From positions 605 to 64,604 of the forward strand of contig CAZHRT010000001.1 in NCBI GenBank assembly GCA_964534665.1: a stretch of 64,000 nt of DNA, read 5' to 3'. The DNA comes from an uncultured Methanosarcinales archaeon (GTDB lineage: Archaea; Nanobdellota; Nanobdellia; Woesearchaeales; JAHJBD01). The notes under the pieces were generated by a model, which worked only from the letters and a program-made list of their open reading frames with translations, ran no database searches and was not told where the DNA came from. Made by a program: the position numbers and the translations under genes. This document shows, piece by piece, positions 1 through 7,930 of this stretch (positions are counted from its first letter, which is position 1; every line of letters starts with the position of its first letter).

Positions 1-765
1 AAAACATCAATTATGATAGAATTCTCACCATTAAACACAAAGAATATTACAAAACAATTGGAAAAAATTTGTAAGTCTGAAAACATAAAATATAATGAAG
101 ATGTTCTAAAGAGGCTTGCAAGACGTTCAGCAGGAGATTTAAGAGCTGCAATCAATGATATTCAAACATTATCAATGACAACAGGTTCTTTAGAAAAAGA
201 AGCACTTGAATCTCTTGGAGAAAGAGAAAGAAGAGATACAATCATAAACGGCTTATTAAAAATATTTAAGACAACAGACCCAAAAATTGCAATAAAAGCA
301 TTTGAATACTGTAATGAAGATTTAAATGAACAAATGTTATGGATTGATAAAAATCTACCATTAGAATACACAAAACCAGCAGATTTAGCAAGAGCTTATG
401 ATAAACTTTCAAAAGCAGATGTTTTTAACCGAAGAATTAGAAGATGGCAACATTGGCGTTTCTTAATTTATATTAATGCACTAGTCACAGCTGGAATTGC
501 AGTATCTAAAGATAAAAAATATGATAAATATGTACAATACAAGCCAACAGGCAGAATCTTAAAATTATGGTGGGCAAAACAAAAATCAATGAAAAAGAAA
601 GCAGTTGCAGAGAAAATTGCAGAACACACACATTGTTCAATAAAAGAAGCTATAAAAAACATTGATTATTTTCAAGCAATATTCAAAAATAACAAAGAAA
701 TGTCAGAAGGAATAGCAAACCAACTAGGTTTAGACAAAGAACAAGTTGCTTGGTTAAAGAAATAA
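1..765 (+). CDS. rfcL: Replication factor C large subunit, C-terminal part (5' end outside window)
   Basis: Frame is open from base 1. Contains SAGDLRAAINDIQTL, the RFC clamp-loader lid motif, followed by an archaeal RFC-large-type C-terminal helical region. Confidence 0.8.
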   Translation, partial: KTSIMIEFSPLNTKNITKQLEKICKSENIKYNEDVLKRLARRSAGDLRAAINDIQTLSMTTGSLEKEALESLGERERRDTIINGLLKIFKTTDPKIAIKAFEYCNEDLNEQMLWIDKNLPLEYTKPADLARAYDKLSKADVFNRRIRRWQHWRFLIYINALVTAGIAVSKDKKYDKYVQYKPTGRILKLWWAKQKSMKKKAVAEKIAEHTHCSIKEAIKNIDYFQAIFKNNKEMSEGIANQLGLDKEQVAWLKK

Positions 766-827
766 TACTAAAGTTTTGTACGACATTTTCAATAAATTAT
801 TTAAACTCTCATTCTAAACCATCAAAT

Positions 828-2306
828 ATGACACTAACTATTGAAGACATGGCAACTTTCTGTAAAAAGAAAGGTTTTGTATTCTCAAACAGTGAGATTT
901 ATGGAGGAATTGCTGGTTTTTTTGATTATGGTCCGTTAGGTGTAGAACTAAAAAACAGTATCAAAGCTTCTTGGTGGAAAACCTTTGTTCAAGATAGAGA
1001 CGATGTAGTAGGAATTGATGGAACAACTATCACTCATCCAAAAATTTGGAAAGCTTCAGGACATGCAGATTGTTTTGGAGATATAATGCTTGAATGTACT
1101 AAATGTAAAGAACGTTTCAGAGGGGATCACTTAATTGAAGATTCACTTAAAATTCAAGCAGACGGTATAAGCAAAGAAGACATTGATAAATTAGTTACAG
1201 AAAACAATATCAAATGTACTAAATGTAAATCAGACTTAGGCAAAGCACATGAATTTAATTTAATGTTTACAACTCAAGTTGGTCCAATTGTATCAGATGA
1301 ATCTAAAACTTATCTTAGACCAGAAACTGCACAATTAATTTTTGCAGACTTTAAATCAGTACTAGATACTTCAAGACAAAAATTACCTTTTGGTATAGCA
1401 CAACAAGGAAGGGCTTACAGAAACGAGATTTCTCCAAGAGATTTTCTATTCAGATCAAGAGAATTTGAACAAATGGAAATTGAATTCTTTATTCATCCAA
1501 AAGAAACCAAATGTTCCTTATTAACAAAAAAAGATCAAGATTTTGAATTTCAACTTTTAACTGAAAATAACCAAAAAAAAGAACAAGAACACACAAAAAT
1601 CAAATTAAAAGACATGATAAAAAACAAAGTTGCAGGAGAATGGCACGTTTATTGGATAAAAGAGTTGTATCAATGGTTTGTTGATATTGGCATTAAGAAA
1701 GATAACTTAAGACTAAGAGAACATCTTAAAGATGAACTTGCGCATTATTCAAGTGCTTGCTTTGATATTGAATACAACTTTCCTTTTGGATGGAAAGAAA
1801 TTCATGGAAATGCAAACAGAGGTACATTTGACCTTGAACAACACGAAAAAGTATCAAAAAAATCAATGGCTGTATTTAATGAAGAAACAAAAGATAAAGT
1901 TATTCCTAGGGTTATAGAACCTTCTCAAGGAACAGACAGAGCTTTCCTAGCAATTATGTTTGATGCATATGAAGATGATAAAAAACGTGGAAATGTTGTA
2001 TTAAAATTAAATAGAAAGTTAGCACCTACAAAAGTAGCTGTATTTCCACTAGTTAATAAGCTAGAAAAAGAAGCAAGAGATGTATATGATACACTTAGAA
2101 AAGAATTTACAACCACTTTTGACAGATCAGGTTCAGTAGGAAGGCGTTATGCTAGAGCTGACGAATCAGGCATCCCATACTGTGTTACATTTGATTTTGA
2201 TAGTAAAGATGACAAATCAGTTACAATTCGTGATCGTGATTCAACTAAACAAGTGAGAGTTAAGATTGAAGATTTGAAAGAAAAATTGATTAATTTGGTT
2301 AGTTAA
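828..2306 (+). CDS. glyS: Glycyl-tRNA synthetase, archaeal/eukaryotic alpha2 type
   Basis: FVFSNSEIYGGIAGFFDYGPLG N-terminus, RFRGDHLIED insertion flanked by two CTKCK knuckles, RPETAQ, class II core and anticodon-binding tail. ATG at 828 fits the family N-terminus better than the tracker start at 750. Confidence 0.92.
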   Translation: MTLTIEDMATFCKKKGFVFSNSEIYGGIAGFFDYGPLGVELKNSIKASWWKTFVQDRDDVVGIDGTTITHPKIWKASGHADCFGDIMLECTKCKERFRGDHLIEDSLKIQADGISKEDIDKLVTENNIKCTKCKSDLGKAHEFNLMFTTQVGPIVSDESKTYLRPETAQLIFADFKSVLDTSRQKLPFGIAQQGRAYRNEISPRDFLFRSREFEQMEIEFFIHPKETKCSLLTKKDQDFEFQLLTENNQKKEQEHTKIKLKDMIKNKVAGEWHVYWIKELYQWFVDIGIKKDNLRLREHLKDELAHYSSACFDIEYNFPFGWKEIHGNANRGTFDLEQHEKVSKKSMAVFNEETKDKVIPRVIEPSQGTDRAFLAIMFDAYEDDKKRGNVVLKLNRKLAPTKVAVFPLVNKLEKEARDVYDTLRKEFTTTFDRSGSVGRRYARADESGIPYCVTFDFDSKDDKSVTIRDRDSTKQVRVKIEDLKEKLINLVS

Positions 2307-4233
2307 CCTGTACGTCTGTTCTATCTGCCTTTTGATATTTTTCATGACAATCTAAAAACCATAATACATTATCCCTGTCTGAAAAATGTTGCCTTATATG
2401 ATCTACCACTACTTGCACACGATCTAATGATGTACCTACCCTCTCTGGAAACAAATTCCCAAAAAACCTTGCTTGTCCATCTTCTTGATCTTCACACCTT
2501 TCACCAGTATTTATTTCATAATATGTAGGAGTATACTTTGTACCAACATCATGTGTAACCTCTGATCTGAAATAAGTTAGTTTCATTTCTGTGTCTGCCG
2601 CCCCAATATGTTCAAGAGTATGTCCACTTGCTTCTTCAACTTGCGCTTCATATAAAGCATCACCGTATGGTTTTAGATTTAAATCCACACCAGAACCTTC
2701 AAAAGATTTAATCCATTTCAATAAAGGTACAGATGTATAAACAGCACCCCTTTTACTCGCATCAGTACATAATCCCTGCATGTCATCTTCCTTGATATTA
2801 ATGGCCATAGTTCTAACAATCTCAATACTTCTATCATTACGGGCAAACTCCAGATAAGCATCTATGCTAGTTACACCATGTTCCAAACACATTCCAGGAG
2901 TAGGTAAATTCAAATTTCCAAACCTCCGCCCATATTTCATAGGAACTGCAACACCAATTCCTTGATACTCATCAGTTCTAGCTTTGGTTGCTGCAATATC
3001 TAGAACTTGCATTACAGGATGATACAACTCAGGTCCCAATTCTCTAAAGTTAGCTTGAGGTTTGAAAAAACCTTCAGGACCAGTCAACATTGGATAATAA
3101 CCTTGTGCTAGAAAAGCTTGCGCAACAACTAAACTTAGATTAGTATTTTCTGTATCCATACCAATGGTGGGTGTCATATCATAAAAATCATGAAGATCAG
3201 GATTAAAGAAAACAAAAGCCAATGGAGATTCAGGTCTGATCTTATCCATAATTCTTGGAGCTCTTACATCCAAAGCAGCAATGATTTGGTCAGTCATAGG
3301 AGCATGATCTACCATTTCAGCAGCTAACATATTGATATTAACATGTTTAGGCCCATCAACATCAACCATGACTGCAGTTTCAGGATGATATATATGCGGC
3401 AGATTTTTCTTGGCTTCTACAGCAGCTTCTTGAGCTCTAGCTACTGTATCACCTCTATGCGCAAGCATTCGCGTTGCCATTTGCCTTGGCGTTACAGCTG
3501 GAGTACATTCCATAAGTTCATCTGGTTTCATACCATGCATTTCTTTACCATCCAACATTGCTTGCATAATCAACAACATTTCTGAACGATGGTCTAATTC
3601 AGGCGCTATATAATTAGCTTCATACATTGCTTGTGCAATTCCAGCCAAAGAACCCAATTTTCTCAATTGAGCTATTTCATGTCCTTTCAAATTTCCTTTC
3701 AAAACATCAAAAGGTGCAGTATCCCAGTTAGCATTATGCACCATCATGCTTCCAGTAGAAAAATTGCCCATTGATAAACCATCTTCTCTAAGGAAATACT
3801 CAATACTAGTTCTAGTATCTGCATAACTTATCGCATCATTCCATTCAAAACCATCATAAACATCAATCCCTAAGACTTCTCTTGCTCCCTCAACCCCTTT
3901 CGGAAGCCCAACATGTATCTCAGTCAATCTTGTAACCTTTTCTGCTAAAGGAGCAACAACATTAGCTTGAAATCTCTGATACGCTTCAACATCATCATCA
4001 CGTAAAAAGAAAGCAAATATTTCATGATCCAAACCATCATCCTCAAGAACACCAACATACCCTAAAATTGGCTCGCCAGTATCAGGATTTAATCTAAAAC
4101 CGCTTGAACTAATTATATGGCAACCACTACTCTGTGTTGGCTCAACAGAATATCCATCAAAATTAAGCATAGCCATAAGGGTTTTTGTATCCTTGAGAGT
4201 AGAATCTGCACCAATAAGCTCAGTAAGTGGCAT
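2299..4233 (-). CDS. Hypothetical protein, 644 aa, compositional outlier (Lys-poor; rich in Asp, Gly, His, Met)
   Basis: A 644-codon uninterrupted ORF in AT-rich DNA cannot be chance. No family recognised, and no TM segment or signal peptide. Its stop overlaps the glyS stop region by 8 nt. Confidence 0.75.
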   Translation of the reverse strand: MPLTELIGADSTLKDTKTLMAMLNFDGYSVEPTQSSGCHIISSSGFRLNPDTGEPILGYVGVLEDDGLDHEIFAFFLRDDDVEAYQRFQANVVAPLAEKVTRLTEIHVGLPKGVEGAREVLGIDVYDGFEWNDAISYADTRTSIEYFLREDGLSMGNFSTGSMMVHNANWDTAPFDVLKGNLKGHEIAQLRKLGSLAGIAQAMYEANYIAPELDHRSEMLLIMQAMLDGKEMHGMKPDELMECTPAVTPRQMATRMLAHRGDTVARAQEAAVEAKKNLPHIYHPETAVMVDVDGPKHVNINMLAAEMVDHAPMTDQIIAALDVRAPRIMDKIRPESPLAFVFFNPDLHDFYDMTPTIGMDTENTNLSLVVAQAFLAQGYYPMLTGPEGFFKPQANFRELGPELYHPVMQVLDIAATKARTDEYQGIGVAVPMKYGRRFGNLNLPTPGMCLEHGVTSIDAYLEFARNDRSIEIVRTMAINIKEDDMQGLCTDASKRGAVYTSVPLLKWIKSFEGSGVDLNLKPYGDALYEAQVEEASGHTLEHIGAADTEMKLTYFRSEVTHDVGTKYTPTYYEINTGERCEDQEDGQARFFGNLFPERVGTSLDRVQVVVDHIRQHFSDRDNVLWFLDCHEKYQKADRTDVQVN

Positions 4234-4318
4234 AATATAACTGAATTAAAAGAAATTTATAAATGTTATTGTGATAAATAACAATATTTATAAAATACAT
4301 TCTCCTACCCATCTTAAA

Positions 4319-4774
4319 ATGGAAATTAAAGATTTACAACCAAGACAAGGAAAAGTCGAAATAGTTTTAGAAGTAACTGAAAAAGGCGAAGTAAGAGAAT
4401 TCGAGAAATTCGGCAAAAAAGGTAAAGTTTGCAGCTGTAAAGCTAAAGATAACACCGGCGAGATTATCTTATCGTTATGGAATGAACAAGTTGATCAAGT
4501 GAAAACAGGCGACAAAGTCAAAGTTTCTAACGGTTATATAGGAGAATGGCAAGGCGAAAAACAACTCTCAACCGGTAAATTTGGAACTTTAGAAGTTGTT
4601 ACAGGAGAAACAGAAGATAAGCCAGAACCTGTTTATACAAATGTTCCACCTCAAGAAAGACCAGAAGAAAATCTAGGCCAAGAACTTGAACAAATGCAAA
4701 ACATTCCTGATCCAGAAATGCCAAAAGAACAACTTAGTGATGACGTTGTAAAAGATGAAGAATATATTGGCTAA
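4319..4774 (+). CDS. Single OB-fold ssDNA-binding protein (SSB/RPA-like) with acidic C-terminal tail
   Basis: GKVEIVLEVTEKGEVREF..GEIILSLWNEQVD..GDKVKVSNGYIGEWQGEKQLSTGKFG is a typical archaeal OB-fold SSB. The tail is acidic (DPEMPKEQLSDDVVKDEEYIG). ATG at 4319 is preferred over the GTG at 4271. Confidence 0.8.
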   Translation: MEIKDLQPRQGKVEIVLEVTEKGEVREFEKFGKKGKVCSCKAKDNTGEIILSLWNEQVDQVKTGDKVKVSNGYIGEWQGEKQLSTGKFGTLEVVTGETEDKPEPVYTNVPPQERPEENLGQELEQMQNIPDPEMPKEQLSDDVVKDEEYIG

Positions 4775-4803
4775 ACTTTTTCTTGTCAAGAACAATTGTT
4801 ATT

Positions 4804-4832
4804 AAGCATGCTCAGAAATGATATTTCTGACA
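4804..4832 (+). repeat. Copy 1 of the GCATGC-centred palindrome plus hairpin repeat
   Basis: AAGCATGCTCAGAAATGATATTTCTGACA. The hairpin is TCAGAAAT/ATTTCTGA (8 bp, 3-nt loop). The same motif and orientation occur at 14966 and 61579. Confidence 0.7.
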
Positions 4833-4843
4833 TTTTAAAAACA

Positions 4844-4851
4844 TTTATAAA
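4844..4851 (+). promoter_or_regulatory. Putative TATA box for the tRNA at 4880
   Basis: TTTATAAA lies about 30 nt upstream of the tRNA 5' end, the spacing expected for archaeal promoters. Confidence 0.45.
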
Positions 4852-4879
4852 CAATTTATTGATTCTATTCACTTATATT

Positions 4880-5025
4880 GGGACCTTAGCTCAGACCGGG
4901 AGAGCACACGTATGAAAATACGGTTCAGTACGCTGAAGTGAATTTTAGCAACTCGGTCACGTAGGGGAAGGATGTAACGAAAGGTGCATCCTCCTAAATC
5001 GCGGATTCAAATTCCGCAGGTCCCA
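4880..5025 (+). tRNA. tRNA gene with about 72 nt of extra internal sequence (intron or introns); isotype unresolved
   Basis: Acceptor GGGACCT/AGGTCCC, D arm GCTC-AGACCGGGA-GAGC, T arm GCGGA-TTCAAAT-TCCGC. 90 nt lie between the D stem and the variable region, where 18 are expected. A GAA anticodon is possible if CACGT(4907)/ACGTA(4959) is the anticodon stem, but I could not fold a clean BHB motif. Confidence 0.75.
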
Positions 5026-5712
5026 TTTTTTTATTTTTATCAAGTGCCTTTTATTTCTAAAATAAATATATTTAAACCATAATCTAAGATTTTCTCGTCC
5101 ATTTAATCTTAAACGATATACAATTGAAGGTGATTTGAACCTCACATCGTGCCTAGTTTCTTTATAATAATTTTTTGTTAAAAATCCTTCTTGTTTCAAG
5201 AAATTAAACACTTCACTAACTAATACCTCACTCTTTGAAGTAAAACTAATTATTGGATAATCTTTCCTATAATGAATTGAACAATCAGTATCAGCTAAGC
5301 CTTTTATGAATGAGAACATATAATTTCTACTAGAATTAATCCAATTAGGAATACCAATTTGCTCTTTTCTTCCTTTCTTAAATCCTACATATACTAAATA
5401 ATTAACAAGCCCCTTTGATATTAATCTTAGGCATAGAGAGTTCTGATCTTTCTTTTTATGTGTTGTAGCAACCAAATTAAACAATTTTTTAACTAAACTT
5501 GTAACATAACTTTCTAAATAATTTTTATCTAATCTTGAGTCCCCATAAATTTCGATTAAATATTTATATTGATCAGAATAAAAATTTAAATAGCCATCTC
5601 CAGTAAGTATCCCTAAAAACTCTGCTAATTCCTTAGAAGATTGTGTTGGTAAAATTAACCCTCTTTTAATATCATTTTTGCTTAATTTGATATTTAATAA
5701 ATCAAATTTCAT
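4957..5712 (-). CDS. LAGLIDADG homing endonuclease, two-motif single-chain type
   Basis: Two LAGLIDADG-type motifs are present, LAEFLGILTGDGYL and FIKGLADTDCSI. ATG at 5712 (the tracker starts at a TTG at 5715). The last ~23 codons are read antisense through the tRNA 3' half (4957-5025). Confidence 0.85.
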   Translation of the reverse strand: MKFDLLNIKLSKNDIKRGLILPTQSSKELAEFLGILTGDGYLNFYSDQYKYLIEIYGDSRLDKNYLESYVTSLVKKLFNLVATTHKKKDQNSLCLRLISKGLVNYLVYVGFKKGRKEQIGIPNWINSSRNYMFSFIKGLADTDCSIHYRKDYPIISFTSKSEVLVSEVFNFLKQEGFLTKNYYKETRHDVRFKSPSIVYRLRLNGRENLRLWFKYIYFRNKRHLIKIKKWDLRNLNPRFRRMHLSLHPSPT

Positions 5713-5781
5713 CAATTAAGTTAACAGGTCCCCATTTAAATACCCTACGCCTACCTGTCCTGTGTCCTATGGTATAACAAG

Positions 5782-7929
5782 TTAAATACCACTCATTAAA
5801 CCAGTATCCATAATTGTAGAAGCTATTGTATTAAATAATACAATAATCACAATCGCAATAAAAGAATAAAGCACTGTACTTTTAATCATATTCTTTGCCA
5901 ACGCATTCTGCTCTCCTAATTTATCAGCACCGTTCTCAATACCATTTGCCATAACAGTTAAAATATATACAATTTGAACAACATAAAGCCCAACTATAAT
6001 CTGGAAAAAGAAAGTAGGTATGCCATCACCAAAAAGCAGAGGTATATTACTGCCCCCACTTTCCATCTGTTTCATTTGAACAGTTAATTTTCCCAAGATA
6101 TTTGTTACCATTGAAGTAATTCCAACTACTATTCCTGCAATTGCTGGCGTCAAAAACTTAATCTGAGAATTCATCGATGAAATAATCTCTGACATTAAAT
6201 CTTTAAGCCTTTCATTTACTTTATGAATTTCTTTAACATACCTTGAAACATTCATTAAAGATTCAGCAGCAATTTTAGGACCTTTTTGAATAGATTCTGT
6301 AAAGATCTTCATACTACTTTCAATAATTTTTGAAGGAAATCTTACTATCGCCCCATACTTCTTATCAAATATGGCCTCTCTAACACCCATACCCAATCGA
6401 TGAATATTATTAGTTACAACACCAAAAAACTTACCAGAAACAGTACCTTCCATTGATTGTGCAACATTTTCAACAGCCATTTCAGCTGGTACACCGTCCC
6501 CTAATCGATTACCTAATTGAAATAAAGCAGAAACAAACTCCGTCTCAAGCTTCTTAGATTTGTTCTTAACATCCATTATCCTTTTACTTTTAGTTTTATA
6601 ATAAATTCCAACTGCCAAACCAAAAGCTATTGTAATAAAAATACTTAATATAGAAGCTACAAGACCAAAAGGCCCAATCATATTATTAGAGTTTGTCATA
6701 CTTTCCCTATAACCTAAAAACGAAAATTTGCCATCCATAAACTGGACATCCCATCCAGGATTAATAGCATTGATTATTAATGGGGATAAACCAATTAAAA
6801 TAAGTATACCACCAACAAGTAAAGCTAAATACATAGGATTAACAGAATACTTTTTACCAAGAAAATTAATATCCCATTTAGTAAATTTCTTAAGTTCAGG
6901 ATTCTGTTCAGTTATATCTTCATCACCATAGCCACTAGGCCTTTTTGCAAGAATAGTTTTACCAAAATAATAAACCATAATAGGCAAAGCAACATTATAC
7001 ATTGAAGCTATATGATACCATTCAACACCTTCTAAGAAACTAACCACAAGTGGCAATACTACTAAACCAAGGATTGGTAAAATAACCCCCAACATATGTA
7101 ACATTGTAATTGGAGATTTAAGATTTTGAGCATAATGTAACATTTTTTCATATGTTCCTGATAAAATTACATCTAATGACTTATCTAAAGTTGCTAACCT
7201 TTTTTCTTCATCCCCTTCAAGCAAAGAAGATTCGATTAAATGAAAAGCTTCAATAAACTCAGAGTTATATTCCTTCCATGTTTCAAGATAATTATCTAAA
7301 CTTTCTTTTACAGATTCATACTCTTCAGTTTCAACATCCCACAAAACCTTTCTCAAATCTAAACTTAAAGGTGGTGCAAGATGCTCAGAAGCAAATTGAA
7401 CAGCACCCTCAAGGTTTGGTGTATGTCTCATATAAGTTACAACATAAAAAACACATAAAACCATTTGATTTGATGCTTTCATTCTCCAACTATTAGCAAT
7501 AAAAGCAGGCATCCTAGATAAAGGAGTTATTACAGAAGCCCCAATAGCTAAAAAGAAAAATACAAAGAAAAAAGAATTAAACAAAACATAAGAAAATAAA
7601 CTTCCAAAAAGCATAATAACTAAGGGAACTAATATTGCAAAAGACGCACTGCCTGTTGGCGTAATATTAATATGCGCAATCTTAATATGTTCTTCTATCT
7701 GTTGAGCTTTCTTCTTATCTGGTTTTATTTTAAGTAATTTTTCACTAAACCCACAAACTTTCTCATAAGTTGACAATTGTGGTGGAAGAATTTCTTTCTT
7801 AAACTGCTGATATTCAATTGATTTTACAGACTTAACTTCCTGCTTAGAACTTTCTAAAGGCCCACCTAACTGTTTATCAATCTTCTCACTAAATTCTCTC
7901 TTTAAATCACTAAAATCATCATTCCCCAT
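5782..7929 (-). CDS. Polytopic membrane platform protein, FlaJ/TadC/PilC-like (T2SS-F type domain), 715 aa
   Basis: Many TM segments, plus the cytoplasmic helical domain ETEFVSALFQLGNRLGDGVPAEMAVENVAQ..GVREAIFD typical of GspF/FlaJ repeats. It starts 1 nt after the stop of the upstream ATPase gene. Confidence 0.7.
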   Translation of the reverse strand: MGNDDFSDLKREFSEKIDKQLGGPLESSKQEVKSVKSIEYQQFKKEILPPQLSTYEKVCGFSEKLLKIKPDKKKAQQIEEHIKIAHINITPTGSASFAILVPLVIMLFGSLFSYVLFNSFFFVFFFLAIGASVITPLSRMPAFIANSWRMKASNQMVLCVFYVVTYMRHTPNLEGAVQFASEHLAPPLSLDLRKVLWDVETEEYESVKESLDNYLETWKEYNSEFIEAFHLIESSLLEGDEEKRLATLDKSLDVILSGTYEKMLHYAQNLKSPITMLHMLGVILPILGLVVLPLVVSFLEGVEWYHIASMYNVALPIMVYYFGKTILAKRPSGYGDEDITEQNPELKKFTKWDINFLGKKYSVNPMYLALLVGGILILIGLSPLIINAINPGWDVQFMDGKFSFLGYRESMTNSNNMIGPFGLVASILSIFITIAFGLAVGIYYKTKSKRIMDVKNKSKKLETEFVSALFQLGNRLGDGVPAEMAVENVAQSMEGTVSGKFFGVVTNNIHRLGMGVREAIFDKKYGAIVRFPSKIIESSMKIFTESIQKGPKIAAESLMNVSRYVKEIHKVNERLKDLMSEIISSMNSQIKFLTPAIAGIVVGITSMVTNILGKLTVQMKQMESGGSNIPLLFGDGIPTFFFQIIVGLYVVQIVYILTVMANGIENGADKLGEQNALAKNMIKSTVLYSFIAIVIIVLFNTIASTIMDTGLMSGI

Positions 7930-7930
7930 T

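Noticed and set aside
162-662. Many 60-150-aa ORFs in the track lie antisense to or overlap long genes. Examples are 162..371, 468..662, 1925..2116, 3343..3585, 12137..12457, 13337..13621, 13768..14085, 14216..14608, 17550..17939, 39012..39464, 49556..49882, 52663..53055, 53237..53578 and 58715..59074.
   Set aside because: Each is fully embedded in a much longer ORF with recognisable family motifs on the other strand or in another frame. Their sequences are low-complexity, as expected for shadow frames in AT-rich DNA.
750-827. A 26-codon N-terminal extension of GlyRS, starting at 750 and overlapping the RFC gene end.
   Set aside because: The conserved GlyRS N-terminus begins right after the ATG at 828. 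The extension has no family counterpart.
5724-5731. The 8-nt repeat of the tRNA 3' acceptor strand (CAGGTCCC) beyond the LAGLIDADG gene, as an att-site duplication.
   Set aside because: An 8-mer recurring within ~700 nt has a non-negligible chance probability, and homing endonucleases do not create target duplications. I kept it only as a weak note inside another finding.
5741-5775. A pyrimidine-rich, heptad-like stretch (CCTACGCCTACCTGTCCTGTGTCC) as a possible small RNA or split tRNA half.
   Set aside because: I could fold no tRNA-like arms. The 7-mer shared with the tRNA insert (CGTAGGG on the opposite strand) is too short to support a split-gene model.
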